From assembly GCF_006345805.1 (NCBI RefSeq), contig NC_043005.1, positions 19,158,001-19,222,000 on the forward strand: a stretch of DNA of 64,000 nt. The letters run 5' to 3'. This document shows, one piece after another, positions 55,151 to 64,000 of the stretch. The notes under the pieces are model-generated. The model did no database searches. It saw only the letters and a list, made by a program, of their open reading frames with translations, and had not been told where the DNA came from. How positions within the stretch are numbered: the first letter of the stretch is position 1; every line of letters begins with the position of its first letter. The DNA is from Octopus sinensis. Taxonomy: Eukaryota. The position numbers and the translations under genes were made by a program.

Positions 55151-55912
55151 GAAAGGGAATTATTTATTATATTGTTTGACTTCACTTTCTGAAATTTTAA
55201 AATTAAGAGAAAAATTTTCGAATTTGTTATATTGATATAATTTTTCACGCTGAATCTGATGTTGTTATTCACTTGTTCCAGAAAAAAAAACTTTTTAGAA
55301 ATATGTTACAAAAGTTTAAGGTTTGATAATCTTTACCTAATCAGAAAACAGAATTCGGAAGTTCGCATTTTGTGCCTGATGACAACATTACGACAACTGA
55401 TGACAACATAACGACGACAAAACATTCAACGACGGAATATTTAATAAGTCTTAATGATTAAAGTCATGTGAAATGTTGGAACAGGCGTGTAAAAAATGAA
55501 AATTTAGCAAAAATAAATTACCAAAAAAGAAAGAAAAATAAACTGGAACTGAACGTTAAACTGCGATGAAGAAAACAAACAAACTGAAGTTCAATTGGTT
55601 AACAATACATATTTTGTGGCGAGTATGTTAAATTACTAAACAGCAAACTGTAGTTCAGTTCATGTTACGATCAAACTGCTGGAAAAGGCAGCCATATTTC
55701 TTCATAAAACGAAGATTATTGTAATGTCATAAAACTAGATTATAGTAATCCTATATAATTCTAAAACTGTGGGGGATTCAGGATTAGAATGCTCCTTTTG
55801 ATCAGAGGTGTGCCCGACCACTGCATCCTCCTCGGTTTTCAGTTTCTCTATCATATACGAAAGGTTACACGAGTGGACAACAGACGGGTAAGCAGAGTAC
55901 ACAAGTTGGCTT

Positions 55913-55957
55913 GTCACTATGGAAACAGGCATCACTATGACTGTGGCTTTCGATTGG
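55913..55957. promoter_or_regulatory. Candidate RFX X-box with a nearby CCAAT box
   Basis: GTCACTATGGAAAC (55913-55926) matches GTHNYYATRRNAAC; ATTGG at 55953-55957. Motif match only. Confidence 0.3.
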
Positions 55958-56319
55958 TTAAAATTACCCCAAATTTGCAAACTTTAAAAGCAGCTATTTT
56001 TACTTTTATCTAAGGCAAAAATGAATTTCACTTCCATAATTGGTATACAAAACTACATCAATACAGCAAATTTGAAATCAGTTGGAACAAGATTAAAGGA
56101 ATTGAAAAGTGAAAGCAAAAAAAAAAAAAAAAGATCCTGTATGAGAAATAGAAGTGGTGAATTCCTAAGAAGGAGGAAAGAAATGAAGATGTTGAAATAT
56201 TCTCGGATATGAGGTTGGTAATTGTGATCAAATCTGGGCTTCAGCATAACCTACAAAAAGATTAGCAAAATTGGATCAAATTCTAGTGTCCATAATCTCC
56301 CCCATTGATCTGTCGCTAA

Positions 56320-56860
56320 AAGTCGTCTTCAAACGAGAAACAGATGAGATTGAATACAAATTCAGCAAAAGTCAATAAGGTAGCAGTACTATAAAGCAAT
56401 AGTTGAAAAATATTTGAATGTGGGAAGGTAGTACTGTGAGGAATGACGATATGTGGAGAATATTTAAGGTGCATAAGAATCGGAAGGGAACGGAGAGGAG
56501 GAGTTGAAGAACTCGAAGACATAATTTGTGTCATGGCAGTAAGAAGGGAGGGAAGCTGATGGGGTGAGAGAATGAGGTAACGGTATTTTGATATGAAGTC
56601 TCTGGTGCAATTATAAAATAAGACGATAAGGTGGCAAGAGTAGTTAGGTTTGTGGATTTGGAGAAGATGGGTGCAGGATATGTGTATAATGAGGTTGATG
56701 GCGGCGGGGACGAAGGAAGAGGAGATAAGATGGTGGACGGTGACGAATACGAATTTCTGATAGTGGAGAGCAGGATCGGGGTAGGGACGACAGAGTTTGG
56801 AGTTGTGAATCTGTCGGCGTGCCACTGCTTGTCGAGGTCAGTGTAACAAACGTGCACTTC
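56320..56860 (-). mobile_element. Possible further Penelope-like fragment
   Basis: Composition like the other two PLE relics; no crisp motif. Confidence 0.3.
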
Positions 56861-57328
56861 AGTCAGTCAGTTTGATTCTGAGCTTATCTTGACTACACAC
56901 AAACGCGTGCGCATGCGCATCAATGGTATTTTTGGTGTAAATCCTAGGTATGCAATAATGACTAAGATATATAAATGAATGCAATTAACAAATCAGATTT
57001 TCGTATCAGTTCTTATAAGAGCCAGCAGAGAAGAGGATACATACGTTATACACATTTTCACTCACAAAACAATTTTCAATACACAAAAGTTAACACACTA
57101 TATATGTAATTGAAAATTTTGAGAATAAAATATATTCACAAATAAATGGTAGCGTATTAACTTTAGTGTCGAAATTACTAATTAGATTATCCTGTTATCC
57201 AGTTATCACCAATCTCTTTTAATCGATTCAATACTAATCAAGAAACGGGGACGTTTTCAACGTTTGAATATACATATGTCGACGCTTGAACTAAAAATGC
57301 ATGCAAAAAGGTCAACTGATATCAATAC

Positions 57329-58085
57329 AGCAGCGAGCTGGCAGAAACGTTAGCAAGCCGGGCGAAATGCCTAGCCGTATTTCGTCTGCCGTTACGTTCT
57401 GAGTTCAAATCCCGCACTGGGGTCGATGTAATCGGCTTAATCCGTTTGACTGTCCTTGTTTGTCCTCTCAGTGTTTAGCCCTTTGTGAGTAGTAAAGAAA
57501 TAAGTATTTCGTCTGACGCTACGTTTTGAGTTCAAATTCCACCGAGGTCGACTTTGCTTTCATCCTTTTAGGATCGATAAATTAAATACCTATTTCTTTA
57601 CTACCCACAAGGGGCTAAATACAGAGAGGACAAACGGATTAAGTCGATTATATCGACCCCAGTGCGTAACTGGTACTTATTTAATCGACCCCGAAAGGAT
57701 GAAAGGCAAAGTCAACCTCGGCGGAATTTGAACTCAGAACGTAACAGCAGACGAAATACGGCTACGCATTTAGCCCGGCGTGCTAACGTTTCTGCCAGCT
57801 CGCCGCCTAAATCGATAAATTAAATACCAGTTGCGTACTGGGGTCGACTGGGCCATCCTCCAAAATTTTCAGGTCTTGTGCCTAGAGTAGAAAAGAATCG
57901 TTAGCACGCCGGGAAAAATGCTTGCGCCCGTCGCTACGTGCTCAGTTCAAATTCCACCGAGGTCAACTTTGCCTTTCATCCTTTCGGGGTCGACAAATTA
58001 AGTAGCAGTTGCGTACTGGTGTCGATCTAACCGACTGGCCCCCTCCCCGAAAATGTTAGGCCCTGTGCCTATAGTAGAAAGGGTA
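57329..58085. mobile_element. SINE family C cluster with nested inverted copies
   Basis: + head at 57329, - head ending at 57807, further + fragments to ~58085. Confidence 0.85.
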
Positions 58086-61000
58086 ACAATATCTAAAAGT
58101 GTACATGTGTATTAACACACACACAAAGCTGTGCGTTACTTTACACATGGTTGCTTTATTTATACAAATATCTGACGAACAAAGATGAAAGAAATGATGT
58201 TCAATAATTTATTTTCTCTGGTAGAAAATTTTCATGAATCTGAAGATACCAATATTTTGAATAAAATATAATGTTCTAAAAGAAACATTTTTTCTACCTC
58301 ATTAATATTTTTAGTATGAATTTCATACGCCTTATTCGAATTGATTGATTTGAATTTGATCTGAATAATAAAAGCTCAAACAACTCAAATCATAGTTCAA
58401 TTTTTCATGTTTTAATTTGATATTCGTTTATTAACTTTGACATCAAATAGGTGTGTGTGTGTGTGTGTGTGTGCGTGTGTGAGTGTGTGTGTGTGCATGC
58501 GTGTGTACTGTACTTCAAATATCTGGGCTTTGCCTTCAATATTGCATGCGTTGGCTTAAGTTTTAGCAGTCGCTCCTGATACAACCATATATACGTATGC
58601 ATAAATCTGGTCTGTATGTGTGTGCTAGTGTGTGCGCGCGCGCGAGCGCGTGTGTGACTGAGTAAGTATTGGTTCAATGAAGAGGTATTTTGGAAAATAA
58701 AATCAACGTAATATATTCTAAATATTATGTGGGCACGATCATGTTTCTAGCAGCCAGACGTACATAGAAGTATATCGACACGGGTTGCTTTCGTCAGTGA
58801 ATATTGAGACTATGAAGAAGATATTTCCTGTTTATAAGATCGTGAGGGGCGAACAGGTGATATATGAAAACATCAGAGATGTCCTGATCATAAATATACC
58901 TGATTTTCTTTGCAAGTCTTTACAAGTGTATTCAAGTTAACGAAATTAATATCAAAAGTGGAATTATAATTAGCTTTTAGAAATGTGTTGTTTTAGTAAT
59001 TATATGTGCTGTATCGAACTTTCGATGTACGATGTAAGGGGATAATAATAACGTCCTTACAAATTGTTCTACCCAAGATACTGGTGATAACCCTCGACAA
59101 TACACAACTCTCAGTTTTACCCTGCTGTGAAGACTCTATGCACATGTTCATTTATATTGTGGCACAGTCCATTAGGAGCCAACCAATAGGAGTGTTCTAC
59201 TTCCACACAACAATATGAATATATACTCAGTAATTACAACCAAAATATTTTGCTCAAAGCGATCTGGAGAATGCTCAATATTAGTATAAAATATCCTGTT
59301 TAGAATAACAACATAAATAATTATTTCTAAAACGAACAGATACACGAAATAAAATCAAACTTCATATTGAAATAATTACATAATGCATTCTATATATTCA
59401 CTGACAATGAATGTGTTCATAGCAGAACACATTTATGGAAACTTGAAGTTTTCATTAGCGGGATTTTGCAGTTAATATGCGGTGTTTCTTTATCAGTATT
59501 TTGCTTGATTTTATTTTCAAATGTCACTTTTTCTGTTTTTAGATATCTCCCTATTATATTATTGCCCTAATTTTCTCTGAACCCTCTCTCAATCTTTTTG
59601 TACAAAAACAAAAGATGTTTATTTTATATTTGCGAAGCAATTATTCCTATAATTACTGTATGTATGTACATATGTATTTATGCATGTATGTATGTATGCA
59701 TGTATGTATGTATAATGTCCATGGTGTGTTGGACGGTGTAGAGGATGAGATAAGCCGGAAGGAGAGGGCTGTGACGTTAACTGTCAAGGGGTTTGACCGG
59801 AACAGGAAGGATGAGAGAGGAAGTGAGGGAAGGAAGACTAGGAGTGCTCACGACGAACGGACGTAAGGCGAGGGGTGAGAAGGATGGGTACTAGCAGCTA
59901 CTATCGCTAGGTGCGTGGGCTGGGCGCAAGTTTTGGATTGAGTACAGGTGGACGGCAAAACAACGAAAAGGTAGGCGAATTGATTCTTATTTCCCCGCAT
60001 TACATTTCCCTCGCACAACAGACTGTATCGGAACCATATCGGCGAGAGAGAGAGAGAAGAGAGAAAGAGAGAGAGAGGAGAGAAAGAGAGAGAGAGAGTG
60101 AGAAAGAGAGAGAGAGTGAGTGAGAGAGAGAAAGAGACAGAGAGAGGTATTGTTTGAGGAATGGGGGTAAGTATTGTAAAACGATTTGTGTTAGAGGTTG
60201 CAGCTTTAAAAGAATTCTTGAATATATTTACAAATGATCACCCCTGATATTAGCGCACATTATACATGTAAATAAAAAGTTTCAGAGGAATTTCAGTTTT
60301 TAACACGGATTTCTTTATGGCTGAACAGTTCATAAATTTCTTCAAAACTCGGTCATTCCATTTCAATATAAACAAATTACTGTATAATTAGAACTATGAA
60401 TTCTATAAAGCTAAGGGTATAAAGCGACAGATTCAGTTTGTGACGAGAGTGGGAGTAGTAGCAAATGTCTGACGAAGAAAGACCGAGAGTGAGAGGTAGA
60501 AATGTGTAGGAGTAAAAGCAATGTCAGGCGAGCGAAAATGAAAACGAATATTGTTAGAATATTGCATGTGTAATATGTTTTAAATAATTATTTACTAAAA
60601 CCACAAATCCGAACAAGAAAAGCAACAAATATTTGCACAGGCAAACATTTTCAAACATTTTAATATCAACGACTTATTCTATATCGTTGGAAAATAACAG
60701 TTTGGAATTGATTATACACCATAATCTAGAGAAGTATATCATGTTTTCAAAACTTGGACCATATATTAAGTGAAACGAACGTTAGTTGATTCTATGTTTA
60801 ATGTTTTCCAAATAACTGTTTTGTGTAACGACAAAATGGCGGAAACGGAGCACGGAAAGTAAAAACGGCAAGTGAAGTAGCAGCTGCAAGACATGCAAGT
60901 GTCCATCGCAGGAAACGGTCTTTGTTGTAAGAAAATTAATATGGACGCGAGACCAGAGGAAGAAATGAGATTCTAAGTAAACGTATGGAAATACTAAATG

Positions 61001-62584
61001 CATTGCAATAAGTACTGGGAAGGAGAAAATAGAGAGAGAATTGTTCACAGAAGAGGAAATTCATCACAAGAGATAAAAGAATAGAGAATAGCAAAACAGA
61101 TTTTCTGAAAGAACAGGGCATTTATCACTGCAAGAAATAGAGGAAAGGAGAATGGATAAAATAAGAATTAGAGCAAAGAAGAAACAATTATTAGAAAACG
61201 ACATGGAAGAAAAACTAGGATAGAAAGAAAAAGAAAGAAGTGAGATAGAAAGGGGAAGAGGGAAGAATTGTAGACAGAAGTGACAAAGAAACTGATCAAG
61301 CAGCTTTATTGCATCGACAAAATACTGCTGGGAAAAGAAGACTGTTAAGAGTAAAATCTACATCTCCAATCACGCGGAAGTTTCATCTATTGAAACCAAG
61401 ATTCGACCTCATAACTTACAGCGGAATAAATGGTATCTGTCAGTTCTGCACCTCAGTGGAATATTTATCACACGAATATCTTCTATATATAGAGGAATAA
61501 AGGGCGCAAGTGTCTACATTCAGATTATTCCAAAAGGCCAAAAAACAAAGGAAAAAGATGGGAGGTTGCAAAATATGAGATCGTATCTCACAAAGAAAAT
61601 AAGAAGCAAGATAAATAATAATACAATTTAAGAAAGTGAAGACCATTATTATAGTGAAATGAAATCTGTGCCATTTTTGTGATATTTTCAGTTTTTTGCT
61701 AGAATATTTCACTTTTGGGAAATTTAACAACTGTTGTCATAAGGGCAAAACTATGCTAAAGAATCAGCCGAATTTCCTGGAGTATACAAGAGTAAACGGT
61801 TTTTACTGCATAGGCAAGTTTATAATTGGGCGTCTTTTCTACACGCATAGAGTTAACTCTATGTAGTTGACTCCAAACAAGCAAAGAATCAATCAAACAA
61901 ATGACATTAGAATAAATATGTGTAAATAGTGGTTGTTTAGATGAGTCGGTTAAAATCTTAATTCATTCAAAAATGGCTCATAAGTAAAAGTGTATAAAAT
62001 GAGTGAAAAGTGGAGAAAACTATAATGCATGATAGTTATTTACCTGCAGCAAATACTGTATTTAAGAATGAAGAGAATTCAGACAGATGATATTAGTGAA
62101 CAACAGTTGAAGAAGTAGTCATGATATTTAGAATAAAGATTGAGAATTACCACATGGAAACGATTTTCATCTTATTCTCAGCTATGATAATACTCCAGTG
62201 GTGAATTTTGTAAATATACATAGTCCAAAGTTAGAATCCAATGACATATACTTAAACTACTCATTTAATGAACCTGGTTGTTAAGCAAATAATCATATAA
62301 AAAAGGAAATAAAAAAAAACATCCACGTAATTAAATTATTTTTACAACATAAGGTGGCATAGACTAGCTGTCTGGCATCATGACAATCCAATTTAGAATG
62401 GAAAAAATTTCAGCAGTTGTCTGTAAATTCCTGTCTTGAATTTGAGGTAAATAGCTTGAACAGTATATGTTCATAGCAAAGACCCTTTAAAGTTAAGAAG
62501 AATAAACGGTTCACTGACGATTTAGAAACATTCTCTGTGTATACGAGCGCGTTTGTGTGAACGTGGACAAACTTTAAACTCTGA

Positions 62585-62870
62585 AGATGCGACTGCGAGT
62601 TTCGATTATGTTACACTTCTGCTGAGGACATAACTCATGTGGTCAGCAGCTGCCGAAATATATCATCAAGATGCTACCTTCCACTACAACATGATGTGCA
62701 GCTACAATTATAAACAGTGTCATCTGCAGAAAAGACTGCCCTGGGATAAGTATAAAGAACACCTCTCCTATGGAATACATAAATACGTCTCAACACATGG
62801 AATATTGGTGGAATATTCCCAGTCTCATCAAAAGCCCGTTCTAGAAAACGAACTCAAAAATTTATGATAG
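62585..62870 (+). mobile_element. NeSL/R2-type LINE CCHC zinc-knuckle relic
   Basis: FRLCYTSAEDITHVVSSCRNISSRCYLPLQHDV (CRLC...H....C...YLP.RHD-like), then KPVLEN. Confidence 0.6.
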
Positions 62871-63644
62871 TGGACTTAACACCCTAGCCACTAGGTTATG
62901 CGTCTTCACATGCATACACACACATACACATGTCCTCGCATACGTGGCGAACATGGAACAAAGAACACTTTGTTATAGAGTATAATTGTATTTAATTGGC
63001 CGGTGTCTTGTGTCGGTGTTGTACGTCCCATGAATGCTCGATCCAAAATGTGAATAATGTTAGTCTGAACTGAGAAATTTTCAAATTCAACATGGAGACG
63101 GCACCTAATTGTTTCATTGGAGAACAAAGAACATAACAGTTGGATGAAAAAAGCGATAGTTCATAACTGAAAATGTTCACAGGATAATGTAGAGATCGAT
63201 GTATTTTAAGAGGAATAATTGTTCTTGAATTGGTTGTCAGAACTAAAATTTAGAATAAATTTTAGCCTATTTCAGAGACTGTATAGCTTCTGTTGATTCA
63301 GCTAGTCTGCAACTCCAAATAATCTACGAGGATACACAATTTGTTCAGAGTGAAGAGGGAAGAGCTACCTCCCTGTAAATTTGTTGAAAGTTGGATGAGA
63401 GTGAAAACTATGGCCCGAGTGAGTTGGCCAACACTGAACATGTACCTACAGATTAAAGGAGAACAAAAAATAATCAGTGTAACCTTGGTATATGGAGTTT
63501 CCAGGTATAACCCTCGGAAGTTTCACTGTTAAACTTTTATTGTTACTGTTATTTTTCTCTTTACACGCTCTTTCATGGAATCCCACATTTTATCATCCTG
63601 TAACGTCCTCGATCTTCATGTAAACCCTTAGTGGTTGATAAGGA

Positions 63645-63683
<39 letters not shown>

Positions 63684-64000
63684 CTGATGACCTCCCCCTC
63701 CAATGAAAAGGCTTAATGTGCGGAAGAGTTCTATAAAACTCACGCGTGCTTTTCAATAATATTTGTAAAACAAACATAACAGAGTGCAGAAAAGAAAACA
63801 AGAAAGATTTATTCTTCTTCTCCATGTTTTCTACATGCAAATAGATTCGAAATTTATGAGGAACGCATCTAAAAGAAAATTGGCAAACAACAAAACAACA
63901 TAGTTCTCAAAAGAAAACAAACAAAAATATAATAGCATTTCAATTAAGGGCAATTATTATTCCTGTTATTGATATTATTATTATTATTATTATTATTATT

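Noticed and set aside
60832-60870. CAAAATGGCGG (YY1-like or start-codon context)
   Set aside because: Opens only MAETEHGK*; a single motif with no other support.
61440-61730. Hydrophobic minus-strand ORF as the missing TM1 exon
   Set aside because: No GN or NLxxxD motifs and no fitting phase-1 donor; looks like AT-rich chance hydrophobicity.

Overview
AT-rich eukaryotic genomic DNA packed with microsatellites and repeats, with one 100-N scaffold gap at 11650-11749. The SINE families and repeat landscape suggest a cephalopod, most likely Octopus; this is pattern-based inference. The only host gene found is a minus-strand class A (rhodopsin-like) neuropeptide GPCR, closest by motif to NPFF/SIFamide/QRFP-type receptors. 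Three coding exons were reconstructed from splice signals and codon phase: 40592-40497 (TM2-TM3), 21206-20528 (TM3-helix 8) and 13496-13050 (C-tail and stop). They are separated by 19.3 kb and 7.0 kb introns. The N-terminus/TM1 exon was not found and probably lies beyond the right edge. The middle exon is 1 nt short: a G3 run at 20973-20975 shifts the frame just after the conserved ECL2 C-x-E-x-W, giving a premature TAA. Adding one G restores a 407-aa partial ORF. This is either an assembly indel or a recent loss-of-function allele. Most of the remainder is transposon relics (CR1-, R4/NeSL-, I/Jockey-, Tx1/L1-like LINEs, Penelope, mariner, Tigger-like MITE, Helitron, several tRNA-derived SINEs). 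Notable structures include a 283-bp near-perfect foldback, SINE-derived fold-backs, a 3 x 100-bp tandem array of tRNA-like Pol III promoter units, a Helitron 3' end fused to LINE cargo, and a SINE tail shared with a LINE 3' end. Nearly all long ORFs in the supplied track are microsatellite artefacts. Repeat boundaries are approximate.
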